This document shows positions 13,083-25,555 of a stretch of DNA of 64,000 nt, piece after piece. A model generated the notes under the pieces. That model worked only from the letters and a program-made list of their open reading frames with translations. It was not told where the DNA came from and ran no database searches. Source of the DNA: Okamejei kenojei (taxonomy: Eukaryota); assembly GCA_035221665.1 (NCBI GenBank), contig CM069147.1, forward strand, positions 12,772,001 to 12,836,000, written 5' to 3'. The position numbers and the translations under genes are program-made. The first letter of the stretch is position 1, and each line of letters starts with the position of its first letter.

Positions 13083-14396
13083 TGTCATCGACAAATCGAC
13101 AACGGTGGATGTTGTCTATATGGATTTCAGTAAGGCCTTTGACAAGGTTCCCCATGGAAGGTTGGTTAAGAAGGTTCAATCTTTGGGTGTTAATGGCGGA
13201 GTAGCAAGATGGATTCAACAGTGGCTGAATGGGAGATGTCAGAGAGTAATGGTGGATGGCTGTTTGTCAGGTTGGAAGCCGGTGACCAGTGGGGTGCCTC
13301 AGGGATCTGTGTTGGGTCCACTGTTGTTTGTCCTATACATCAATGATCTGGATGATGGGGTGGAAAATTGGATAAGTAAGTATGCAGATGATACTAAGAT
13401 AGGTGGTGTTGTGGATAATGAAGTAGATTTTCAAAGTCTACAGAGAGATTTGGGCCATTTGGAAAAGTGGACTGAAAGATGGCAGATGGAGTTTAATGCT
13501 GTTAAGTGTGAAGTGCTACATCTTGGCAGGACAAATCAAAATAGGACGTACATGGTAAATGGTAGGGAATTGAGGAATGCTGTGGAACAGAGGGATCTAG
13601 GAATAACTGCATTGTTCCCTGAAGGTGGAATCACATGTAGTTAGGGTGGTAAAGAAAGCCTTTGGTGTGCTGGCCTTTATAAATCAGAGCATTGAATATA
13701 GGAGTAGGGAAGTAATGTTAAAAATTGTACAAGGCATTGGTAAGACCAATTCTGGAGTATGGTGTACAATTTTGGTCGCCTAATTATAGGAAGGATGTCA
13801 ACAAAATAGAGAGAGTACAGAGAAGATTTACTAGAATGTTGCCAGGGTTGCAGCAACTATGTTACAGAGAAAGGTTGAACAAGTTAGGTCTTTATTCTTT
13901 GGAGCGCAGAAGGTTAAGGGGGGACTTGATTGAGGTCTTTAAAATGATGAAAGGGATAGACAGAGTTGACGTGGATAAGTTTTTCCCATTGAGGGTAGGG
14001 AAGATTCAAACAAGGGGGGACTTGATTGAGGTCTTTAAAATGATGAAAGGGATAGAGTTGACGTGGATACGTTTTTCCCATTGAGGGTAGGGAAGATTCA
14101 AACAAGAGGGCATGACATGAGAATTAAGGGACAGAAGTTTAGGGGTAACGTGAGGGGGAACTTCTTTACTCAGAGGGTGGTGGCTGTGTGGAATGAGCTT
14201 CCAGCAGAAGTGGTGGAGGCAGGATCGATTTTAACATTTAAAAGTAAAGTGAATAGGTATATGGACGTGAAGGGAATGGAGGGGTATGGTCTGAGTGCAG
14301 GTAGATGGGACTAGGGGAAAACAAATAGTCGGCACGGACTGGAAGGGCCGAGAGAGCCTGTTTCCGTGCTGTAATTGTTATATGGTTATATGGTTA
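13083..14396 (+). mobile_element. 5'-truncated CR1 LINE (RT C-terminal part, 3' UTR, tail)
   Basis: VYMDFSKAFDKVPH, SGVPQGSVLGP and YADD RT motifs. Frameshift near 13607. Tandem tail ttatatgg-ttatatgg-tt. Confidence 0.93.
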
Positions 14397-14647
14397 AGTT
14401 TAAGCAGCATAGCAGCAACAAAGCATTCACATTTAAAAGTAAACTTTTAAAATATCATTCCAGCACATAAACTATGCTATGCAAATATTAAACAAGCTCT
14501 CTTTATAGCCTGTATCTAATCGGAGGATTAGTCGATGACATGCAGATTTGGGGGAAATCAAGATTTAACAAAATTTCAGACATGCCTTGTCTGTCTTAAG
14601 ATTTTGTTTCCAGTCATGGACTTTTCATGTATTGATTTATAGCTAAT

Positions 14648-14845
14648 AGCCCTGTCTCACGGTACGAGTTCATTCCAAGAGCTCTCCCAAGTTAAAAAAA
14701 AAATCAAACTCGTGGTAAGCACGGAGAATGAACGCAGCGGGTACATCGGAGCTCGGGGACGTCTCTTTGCGGCTGGTAACACTAACGGCAGGTACTCGGG
14801 AAGACTCGCTAATGGCAGATAAGCACGGGACGACTCGTGAAGTTG
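14648..14845. mobile_element. Truncated MITE related to the 57638 element (one end only)
   Basis: Starts agccctgtctcac...cgagtt...tctcccaag...tcaaactcg and contains ggtactcggg, as in the 57638 MITE. Confidence 0.55.
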
Positions 14846-16616
14846 CAGAATCTCCTCAAGCATAACTTTAACAAGGAACTAATGGAAGTGATCTTTGAAT
14901 ATCCCTCCCAAAATAAATACCTTCAAGATTCTAAAAGACATTGAACAAATCCACTTCTGGATCCCAGTGTCTCCCCACTAAGATCCAATGGCTATTTTGA
15001 CACTCTGCTTGGTGATCATTTCCTGTTAAATGTCATAATGGCAGTTTGTTTTTCGCTATTTTTGAAATGTCGTAACTATTTAAATGTCACCAGTACATGA
15101 TGTCCAGAGATTGTGAATGATAACTCTGACCCCAAGGTATGCACAGTTTTGTTTATCATGCACGTGCTTCACTTTAACAAATCCTCGTTTAACAGGTCTA
15201 ATTCTGAATCAGCTTGTGCACTGTTTCATTACTACAGGCAGGCAAACTGTTAAGGTGCATATTGATCTTTTGCTAAACAAAAAGAAGATTCAAAACTTAA
15301 TCTGCACTTGTTCTCCCCAATACACTTCCAGCAAAATGCACCTAGAGGCTCAATAATTGGGTGATTTAATTCCAAATTGAAAATGCAGATGTTCCCTGTA
15401 CAGAGCTGGGGTGAGCTATTGACCTTTTAGTGAACAGCAATTAAAATGTTTTATTGACTGTCATACTTGATGTGATAGCTTTTAAATTGGATCTCCTTAG
15501 TACTTCTCTTATTCTGGCCTCCTTAATAATCCCTACATTTAATCATTCTGCCATTGGTTGTTGCATCTTTAGCTGCCAGCTCTGAAATTCTCTCTAGCAT
15601 GATCCTCTCCTCTTAAAATATTCAATATTTTGGTCATCTGCCACAACATTTCCTGTTGATTCAGTGTTTACACTGTTGAGAAAGGCCTTGACTCTTTCTA
15701 TATTAAGTGCACAGCATGGTACGTTGTTGGAATTGTAACCAAGCTGCACAATATGGTAAATTATTACACACATTTGGACCAATGTTTCTGCATTAACTAT
15801 TCCCTTTTCCTATAATTGATGTGATTGGACTTGCCTTCAGGGACTGTCCAAATGACCACTTATTTCTGCCTGTTCTAGTCACACAGGGCGAGTTTCTCAT
15901 CCCTCTTTCTCCCAAGTCCTTCCAACAATGAATGCCATCCTGATTTATACCTGTAAATGTACCTTCATTTCCAATAAAACAATTATACATGTCATCCAGT
16001 TTGTAATTTTAAAAAGCACATGGCTACTGCTGGTTTGAACGATAAAGGCAGATTATAGATTACAGAGTGGAGAATTTATGTTAAGATTTGATCCATAAGG
16101 GCAATTTTAAATGTGGGCAATAAAGATGGGTGAAAGGGCCTTGTATCAAATTTAGAGGGTATAAAATAGGATTAGGGGACAGAGTACAGTGGGTGCATTG
16201 AAAGTAACGACAGCACCACTTTAATGCTGCCAAAACTAAATTGAGTTGGAGGATGAGAGGAAGGAATGACTCTCAAATTTGTATTCTGTTTAGACGTTTG
16301 CTTAAGATTTTAATTTGATGCTAAGTTTGCTTTGTGCTAACATTGACCTCTTATTTCATTTTTCATCTCTTTCTTAAAGATGTCAATGTAGGATTTTCTA
16401 TTTTTAACCAGTGACTGCTCCCTGTCTTTGTAACTAAGAAAGCATCACTTTTAATTTGCTTGTGACATCAAGAGATTTGGAAGAACATTTTTAGGTGGGG
16501 TCTAAACCAGTGAGTCAAATCGGCATCGACTCCAACTGACTATTGTACTGGATGTGACTGTCTTTATTGACTCATTCCTCAGGCAGTAATCTATGTATTC
16601 TACTGAGCATTCTACA

Positions 16617-16664
16617 TCACAGCTTTTACAGTGTACCTGTTCACAGCTTTTACAGTGTACCTGT
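16617..16664. repeat. Perfect 24-bp tandem duplication
   Basis: tcacagcttttacagtgtacctgt x2. Confidence 0.95.
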
Positions 16665-17451
16665 TTTGTTAGCAATGACGGAGTTACACAAGGGTGTGGT
16701 GTGCTCTTAATTGTAGTTCGCAAAGCAATGTTTGTTTCCGATTCGACATTGCACAATGTATTGTTACAGAAATAGTTTATCTAAAAGTTGCTGCTGTGTA
16801 CCTTGTGTTTGGTAACGGAAGTTCTGGAAATTCTTGTATCCAGGTGTGTGCGTAAGTGGGAAGGGAGGGAGGGTCATCACGTTGGCAGAATAAAAAGGAT
16901 CTGGAAGAACATTGGTTGAATCAAGGCAAATGTGTCATCTAAATATCAGTGCATTCATCTTTGTAATCTATGCAACCTTTCCTGTCACTTGTCTTGCCAG
17001 TGGGCTTCATCAAGGTCACCAGAGGCCAGCAATTCCCTGAGAATGATCTCCCTCTTGCAGGTCTAGTGTCCATACCTACGGACTGTGGTGTAGCCGGAGA
17101 TCTCGGGCACTTTGCTTAACCCAATCCCATTTGTTGGAATGGGGTTGCTGACCTTGAGTACAAGGGTTTATTTCTCTTAATTACAGAAACATTCTAAGAA
17201 GGTTCAAAGGTGTCAAGGTTGTGGTCTCGGGTCGCTGCTTGGGGGCTTGCTCTGCTTTAATGAGATAATTCTCTGGTGTGGAGTATTAGCTCAATTGGCC
17301 CTTTCAGTGGACATTCAGGTTGGGTAGCTGGCTCAATCTTGTGTGGTCTGCTCCAGTGTAAAAGACAAAGCTTTCATTGCCTGATGAAATGGAGAGGACA
17401 CAAAGCCTATTTCTGCCTAACCATATTATTGCATCTGACCGACCTATAGTT

Positions 17452-17706
17452 GCAGTGCTGGAGTAACACGATGGGTCGGGCAGCATTTCTGGAGATAAAG
17501 GATAGGTGAAGTTTCTGGTTCAAACCCTTCTTCAGACTTATTATTCACTAGGTGGCTCTTGACAGCCTAACTGCTAAAATCAAAAGTCTGAAGAAGAGTC
17601 CCGACCCAAAACGTCACCCATTCCTTTTCTTCAGAATGCGGTCTGACCCGCTGAGCTACTCCAGCTTTTTGTCGATCTTTGGTTTAAAGCAGCATCTGCA
17701 GTTCCT
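17452..17706. mobile_element. Penelope-derived inverted repeat pair
   Basis: Minus copy at 17452-17540 and plus copy at 17585-17706, each with a ctgaagaa...aaac core. Confidence 0.7.
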
Positions 17707-18654
17707 CCCCACTCTTTTGCTATGTACTACCCAACTGGAATTACTGAATGAAAATCTAGATATATTCTTTGTAATTAGATTTGAAAGACGCATGTAGTAG
17801 CTGCCATACACTTTATCTTTAATGTTGTAGTTTTCAAACTGCTGATTCATTCTGAAGATTTCTGGTTTACTCCCAAAGTAATCCACCTACAGCTAGATGG
17901 TAGAAATTTGCTGGGCAGCTAATAATGAACCACAGGCTGAGCATTTTCAATAGCATTTGGTGTTTGGATAATGCATAGTAATTTGATCCATCCATCAAAA
18001 TATTTTTTTTGCAGAGTGAACGATATTGGAAGCCATTATCACTATTTCCTACAGGTTTGGATGTTTTGAATGCTCTCAGGGGCTCGGTTATTAGTCTAAA
18101 GTGCAAGCGTTAGACTAGACTAATTTAATAATCCAGACTCTGTGTAAAGCATGACTTCAGCAGCGAGGTTGTCAAGTCACCAAATGAATAATAAGAGCTC
18201 TGGGCCCAGACAAGAAAGGTTGTATATTTCATTCAGGCCATCAGCACTGGAAGTCTTGTGGATTGTTATTCAGATTTGAATGTACATAACCATAATGAAG
18301 TCCCTCATGGATTTGTTACTGATGTAATCCTAGCACTTTGCTGTATACAAATGTTTAAAGCTCCACTAGAGTTGGCGAGGAATTAAAAACCAAATGCATG
18401 AATCAAAGATGACGTTGGCAAGAATGGTGGTCAGAATGGGTTTCGAAGAGGATTTGGGGGCTTGGGGAGAACTTCAAGGTTTTGAAGGTGAAGCTGGCTG
18501 TTGTGGGCAAAAAGGTAGCTAGTTGTGGGTAGAGTAGTTAAGTTACTGTGCTGGCAGCTGGAATCTGGACCTTACCCCAGAGACACTGGTTTGATTTTCA
18601 AGATGGATGTTGCAGAATGTTTAAGTAATTCAAAAATCTTTAACTAACTATGAA

Positions 18655-18770
18655 TACAAACAATACAATAATACTTTATTAGCCAAGTATGTTTTGCAAC
18701 ATACGAGGAATTTCATTTGCTAAGTCAGTCATACAAATAAAAAGCAACGGAACACACAAAATACATTCTA
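18655..18770 (-). mobile_element. LINE 3' tail fragment
   Basis: (aatac)n tail followed by tttattagccaagtatgttttgcaacatacgaggaatttc. Confidence 0.5.
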
Positions 18771-19546
18771 CAAACCCCACTGCCTCTCTAATGTACATCA
18801 GGAAATAATCTATATATCTTTACCCAGTTTGGCCTGTGTGACTAACTAGGATCTATGCAAGGGTACTGCATGCAAGAGACAACTTGTGTGGAGGGAGCAA
18901 TTGAATTGACCCTGGTCATTGCACTATTGTGACTGACAAAATGCATGCAGGCAGTCCAAATTAAATGTGGGTGGCTAGAGCTTTGAGGCAGCAGCCTTAA
19001 AACATTTGCAATAAATCTGGGATTTACATTTTTGATCTTGTTACTATGAAATGATCACAGCATAAAGATTTTATTGCTGTATTTAGAATTCAAAGAGGTA
19101 CTTTGATATTGGTGCAAGTGACATAAAATATGTTAACGACAAATACTAGAACTTTATCAAATGTCATAGACATGGAGTGCTTGTTAAGCTTTTACTTAAT
19201 GCAATTAAAATGTTGCTACTTAACATAGTAAAAGAGGATAATGTGCAGGTGTAATATTTTCAACTCTTGGTTAGTTTAATATCAGGACATGATTTAATTG
19301 CCATTTTATGAAAGGCTTCATTTTTATACTGCCTACACACTGCTCAGCATGTATGTGATGTATCTATTACAATTGTAAATGATCTTTCAACTTAATGACA
19401 ATTCAATTAGATTGTCTTTTTTTTTTCTAGCTAGTATAGTATTTTTTTTTTTCTAGCTAGTATAGTATTGTGATGCTTTTTCCTGAGTACTGACTTGAGT
19501 TATAAAAGCACCCTGACTCAACATGCAGTATCCAGCTTCATCTGGT

Positions 19547-19689
19547 CGCCTTCTTCTTGCGTATGGCGTGCACAGCCTAAAGTTGTAGGACAACTTGTTC
19601 AATTTTGATCTTATTTGATTGTGCACATCAGGCTGATTGCATTCGTCGAAACGGGGCAGACCACGTGAAGGTTGCAATCTCCCACCCCA
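19547..19689 (-). mobile_element. Short non-autonomous retroposon headed by an HDV-like ribozyme
   Basis: 13-bp TSD agcttcatctggt (19534-19546) / agcttcacctggt (19690-19702). 3' tail caagaagaag on the minus strand. No tRNA-like head seen. Confidence 0.8.
19635..19688 (-). ncRNA. HDV-like (CPEB3-type) self-cleaving ribozyme motif with minimal P4
   Basis: Minus-strand RNA GGGGUGG-GA-GAUUGCA-ACC-UUCACGU-GGU-CUGCCCC-GU-UUCGA-C-GAA-UGCAAUC fits P1, P2, P3, L3 and J4/2 of the nested double pseudoknot. Catalytic-position C at 19645. Confidence 0.8.
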
Positions 19690-20511
19690 AGCTTCACCTG
19701 GTGTACAGCTGTTTGTTTACCAGCTCTGAAGTATCTGCCTGGTGTCTTTTCGATGCTGGCTCCAACTACTGAATGGTCTGGTTAATGGGTAAAGACCAGG
19801 AGTGCAGCCCAGTGCCAGATTTCTGGCAGACAAGGTGCATTGAAATATGTGATCTGGAAAAAATGCTCTTGAACTCTTGTTGGTAGGACACCTTGCAGAT
19901 ATTTGAAATTATTTTTCGGTGCATGTGATATTTGGGTCGAAGTTTAAATCCCGTGCTGCAATGTACTATTCTAAAAAAAATTGCTTCCATTTAAAATGTT
20001 TATTGCAGACAGACCAAAATAACAAAATGTGGAAGATCCTTTCTTTATTGGTTTAATAGAACTGTTAGAATATAAATCTACAATACATAAGCATCCCTTC
20101 TATTACATTAATATTGTTTCCATATTCAGCAACTGAGGCCATACAAGTTGTTGAGAAGATAACAATCAAAGTTTAGGAGCTGATCTGGCTGGATTGAAGC
20201 TGTGTGAAAGAATTTAGGTGCTTGAATCTAGTTCCAGCAAAGACAATGGTGAAAATTTGACAGCAGATGAGTTAAGGCACATGCAGATTGAGTTGCCTTT
20301 CTTGAACGTGAATACCTCGCATTCCTCTGGTGCTCTGCTTCTGGACAGTTGCCATAACAAGTATTACAATTTGTTATTTGTGGATCCAATCTGGGTGACT
20401 TTATATTGCCCCAATTGAACCCCCACCTACACTTGACTGAAGTTCCTTTTTGTCTCTTTCCCTAACCTTTTGTCACACCCACACCTCAATATACAACACC
20501 GCATTGCACAA

Positions 20512-21155
20512 AGGTTCAAAGGTCTTTTATTGTCACGTGTACCACTTAAGGTACAGTGATATTCGATTTACCATACAGCCATACTAAAAAAAAGCAACAA
20601 GACACACAACTACATACAAGTTAACATAAACATCCACCACAGTCGAACCATCCGCAGTCTAAGCTCCTGAAGTCGGGGCGATCGAATCCCCCATGTCACG
20701 GCGATCGAAACTCCAACTTCGGGGTGGTCGAAGTTCCTGAGGCTTGGAGCTTCTGAAGTCTGTCTCTAACCAGAGACCACGAGCTCCACGATTTTAAAAT
20801 CCGCAGGCTCTCGCGGATGGCGATCCATGACGTGGACTGCCAGCTCCATGATGTTAAGTCCGCAGGCTCTCGTGGTTGGAGCTTCCGAAGTTGGTTTCCA
20901 GCAGAGGCCGCCAGCTGCTCGATGTTAGGCCGCAGTGCGGACGGAGACATGATACGGAAAAAAATCGCATCTCCGTCGAGGTAAGGGATTTTTTTTTTTA
21001 AAAAGTTTCCCCCAAACCCCCCCCCCCCCCCCCCCCCCACTCATATAAAACAAGCTAAGGAACACTAAAACATACATTTAACACATACTATAAAACAACA
21101 AAGAAAGAATGGACGAGACAGACTGTTGGCGAGGCAGCCATTGCTGGTGCCACCC
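20512..21155 (-). mobile_element. Non-autonomous retroelement with LINE-type 3' tail and CpG-rich repetitive core
   Basis: Minus 3' end cactgtacc...ggtacacgtgacaataaa plus a short repeated tail, shared with 39062 and 49840. Internal repeats ccgcaggctctcg and ttggagcttc. Confidence 0.6.
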
Positions 21156-22349
21156 AATGAGTATTCAGGTAAAGAATGTTTTTGTAACTTCCGGCCCCAT
21201 CCTTGCTTCTACCCAACTTGTCTCTTGCCTCCCAATCAAATGCCAACCCATAGCACAAGTTAATTATTTTTGGGAGGCCTGTGATTTTTAATTATCTTGT
21301 GTGACTCCTCGAAGTAATTTCCAGAAGCCTTAATAAAAACATCCTAAGATGCTATATGCCTTTAAACATCTTAAACAAATATGGTTGGATATGCCTTTAA
21401 ACAGCTTTAAACATCAATTTTTTTTCTCGGCTTGCTTATTGATGCTCTCAACCAGTGATATTCCAGCAACGTTTCTACAATTAGGCAGACAAGCCTAGTT
21501 TCATCCTTCCCTCTTGGTGCAATCATCGTGCATGCCTGAAAAATAAATTCAAATTACAAATTGAATAGATCTGCTACTTTTCATTCAAGCTTGTTCAGCT
21601 TGCACGTATGGTCTAATAATATCTTGGATTTTTTAAAATACTTTATCCATTGGTTTTCCCCTTGTTTTACTGTGGGCTACCTTCATATGATGCAATTCCT
21701 GTCTCATTTTCTTCATGGGTATTGCCTGCCGCACACCATAGATTATTTAAAACTACTTTAAGTGATTTATGCACTTAATTATTTGGGATACTTTCTCTAT
21801 TCAACCAGGTTTGCTGTGGCTAATTAATTTCTCCTTCTTTTAAGTCTGTCTTACTTAGCATTGCCACTGTTTCTGTGCTACTCCCTCGCATACTTGGTGT
21901 TAGGTGCATAATCACTAAAAGGGCAAAGGTAAAGCCATGGTACTATGTAGTAGACTTTGTGACAGATTTAAAGTTATGATCAAGTTAAGGAAGTCTAATT
22001 TCAGTTGATTATTAAATCCAATTATATATTGGGCCATTATTGATAATGCAAACAAATATGCCATATCCTACATATTCATTGGCTTTGCAGCTCCAAACTA
22101 TTCTGTTCCTCTCAGTAAATGTTAAATATCCCTTAACTCTCCATTACACCCTGCTTATTTCTTTGTTTGCCTTAACTCTGTTATCAAGACTGTTAACAAT
22201 ACCTTTGCCCTGCACACTTTCTCCCTGTTTCCAGTGCCTCGCCACTCGTGTTAATCTATCTCCTGCAATTACATATTTTTGTCACATTACAGGAGAAAGA
22301 TATTTTCCTCCCCCTCCTCACTTCCTATAATCTAATTAAAAAATACTGC

Positions 22350-22615
22350 AGCCTGCGAGAGCAGCTGCCTCAGAGCGGCAGAGTCATGAGGTCAATCCTA
22401 CTCACTGGTGCTGTCATTGTCGTGTTTTCAGGTTCTCACTGTGACTGAGAGTGTCCTCCCACATCTCAATGACGTGTGATTTTGCAGGTTAATTGACCTT
22501 TACCAATTTCCCCTGGTGTGCAGGGAGTCGATGAGCAAGTAGTGTAATATAGAACTAGAACAAATGGGTGATAAATTCCTGGCATGGATTCAGTGGGCCA
22601 AATGCCTTTTTTTGC
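22350..22615 (+). mobile_element. Degenerate HE1-like SINE
   Basis: gctgcctcagagcggcagag head, cctcccacatctcaatgacgtg core, ggcatggattcagtgggcc tail. Confidence 0.6.
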
Positions 22616-25224
22616 ATTTCTCTACACTTGGGTTGGATTTAACGGATTGTTTCACTTTTCATTGTAATGTTGTGTAATCATCAGATTATGGAATCCAATT
22701 TTGCAAGCCCGTCATTGGAATCCAACTTTACAAGCCTGTCATAGTTTGAAGAGACTTGTAACACTTAAATTTGGGAGTTGACCCAGAGTGGAGACCACTT
22801 TCTGCATATCTTGTTTGTAAAAAAATATTTTGTGATCCTTCTGCCGAGGCACATGTACCTTCCTGTTGTTGTGGCCAGGACACTGTCGGACAGCAACAAG
22901 GGCTACTGGGGACTCCGAAGGAATGATTTGAATACTTGCAAGCTCTAGATGAAGAGGCTCATGTTTTTTTGTTTAAATGTCTTGTAATCTTATCAGGTAA
23001 TTGTCACCTGACTGGATTGACCTTGCTGAGAGAAGGATCATGTCACATGAAAGTGATCCTCTTTATTGTACTGAGAATTATGCCTCAGTTGCACCATCAG
23101 GCACTTCTATTTGCTTTTGGCTTCCCCTCTATTCTGTCCCCACCAAATGAGAATGCTCATGGTTGAGCCAATGCCTTTTGGCTGAAATACTAACTTGCCT
23201 TTTGGCTTATTCTCTGTCCGCACATTTTGTCTGATCAGTAATTTAGTGTAAATGGATGCATTGAAACTAATGGATGAAATATGTTAAATGGAGGCTATAT
23301 ACATACCTTGCATGTATGTGCTTACTGAGTCATTTAGACTTACAATCTTATATGGAGTTACAGCATGCTTACCAAGTCCAAAAGCGGAATTCTAATTGCA
23401 ACCTTAAATAACACCCTTCCTCTAGTGCTTCATGATACTAAACGATCCATGCATTATGGTTATTTAGTATTATGATACACGATTTAAGGTTTAATTTGAA
23501 TTAAGTTTTTGGACTTGGTAAGGATGTGCATTTCAGATTAAGAAAGAAATGAATGTGAAAGATGTTGGCTTGCTCCAAATTAATTGCTTTATTTATACAA
23601 TACTGTACCACAGGACATGCTGGTAGTCACAAATTAATTTCAATGCATAAATTATGCATCTAATAGATTCTTAAAAATGAGCATTTTTTTTCAGTAAATG
23701 CAATATCATTAATTCTAATCAATTAAAATGCAAATTATACTGCTGTTGCTATCTAATTTGGTAGACTGCCAGTGCAATGCTGTGGCATTTTTAATTATCA
23801 TTAATATGTGCTATGAGGTGGACATCAATGATCTGTAGTACAGGGAGACTCGTGACAAATGTTCAAGGCTATCCATTTAAACAGCAAGACTTGATCAAAC
23901 TTCACAATTTCCTGTTGTGATCTTCCTGTCGTGAACGGATATGATTTCATGTTTGGAAACCTTTTTCAATTTGGAGAACAAAAACAGCTTTTTTGGCACT
24001 ACATAGAAATCTGTTAATATAACATTTCTCCCCTCCAAACATCAAATTAGATCAATTTTATCGAGATGCATTCAGCGAATGGCATAAGATGGTGGTTTGT
24101 ACTACAGCAAAATCCAACAATTTTAATGTCTATAAAAAGTCACAAAATGAAGTAGCTCAGCAAGTCAGTCAGCGTCTTTGGAGAACATGGAAAGGCAACG
24201 TTTTGGCTCGGGATCTTTCTTTTGATTCAAGGATCTGATCCTCAAAACAGAATCCAGATGGGTCCCAATCCAAAACATTGCCTTGTGTCGACAATTAATT
24301 GACCAGATTTTGTTTGATTTGAAATGGACAGATTATCCCTGTCTATCAAATGGCATTGTCTATGGCTTCTTGATAAATTGGGAAAGTGTTCATGGGGAAA
24401 GTTTTTATTGGGAAAGTAAATCAAATGGACTGTTTTATTAACTATGTGGATATTGTACTTCTATGTCGAGATGTGTAAAAGTCATAATTAGCACGAAGAG
24501 GATAAAATTCATTCTCTCTACTCCCTGTAATAGCAATTTATGCAGTCCTACCAAGCTGTCTGCAAATTTCCATGCAAGTATTAAACTGGATCCTTTTTTG
24601 AAATTGACAGTTGAATCTCTCCTGTCATCCTTTCAAACATTTTAACAAAATAAATGTACAGGAAATTCAGTACGCCTTTAGGTGCAAGGCAACACTTTAA
24701 TTGTCATTTTTTTAAAAAAAAAGGTTTGTCCAGCTTTTAAATTATTGCAATGATTAAATGGCCAGATGTGGGTGGTGTGAATTTGAGCGGTCTCTTCAGT
24801 TGCTGCTCCAGTTGATTTTAAGCAAAATCTCAACAGTGCAGGTCTGTCAATAAGATTATCTTGTTTGTCATATTAAACCTAATACTGGTATGGTATATCT
24901 GGAGAGTAGAGACAATCGGGATTCAGTTTTGAGTTGGCTGTATCGTGTTGCGTTTGTGCAGTGGAAAAGGTGTTAGATTTACAGCAGGCCACATTCCAGA
25001 AGTAAACCAACTGGTCTGAATAGTTTTAGACTGGGTACGCATTCAACAATGCCAAAAATGCAGGCTGCTTTTACTGTATATTGTTGACTGGCTGTTTACA
25101 TTATTTGAGCTTGTCCTTTTGAGTAGTTTCATATTACTCTCTCATTACAAGTGATAGTACAGAGCTGGTGAGCAGCTTATTATTACGATACTTTATCCTT
25201 GTGATACCCTGCCTCGGATGGAAG

Positions 25225-25555
25225 GTGGGCGGCATTTAGAAATGAGAGGGAAGAGCAAGTCGGGGGCTAGTACTTGATCGATGGAACCAGATAAGGCAGA
25301 GACTATGATCGATGGAACTAGATGGGGGAGGGTGTTGTCTAAGTAACGATGGGAGGAAAAGATGAATAAAGGGAGAGAGATCCTGGGTGGATTTGCATCA
25401 TTGGGAAAGGGACAGGGGTTGCAGTGAGTTACCTGAAATTGGAAATTCAATGTTCATGTTGTTAGGCTGTAGGTACGGCGGGCGAATTGAGGTACTGTTC
25501 TACTGGTTTGCGTTTGGCCTCATTGTGGCAGTGGGCAAGGCTGAGGATGGACAGA
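25225..25555 (-). mobile_element. Penelope-like element fragment
   Basis: ttacctgaaattggaaattcaatgttcatg...ctcattgtggcagtg is similar to 12760-12890. Confidence 0.55.

Noticed and set aside
19416-19470. Duplicated poly-T-ctagctagtatagtatt unit, and a similar short tandem duplication at about 22689-22742
   Set aside because: Two-copy slippage duplications with no spacer structure. Not CRISPR-like and no sign of function.
21110-21155. Possible second HDV-like ribozyme at the 5' end of the 20512-21155 element (contains gcctcgc)
   Set aside because: I could not build P1, P2 or a C-GAA/C-UAA strand. Only a simple hairpin forms.
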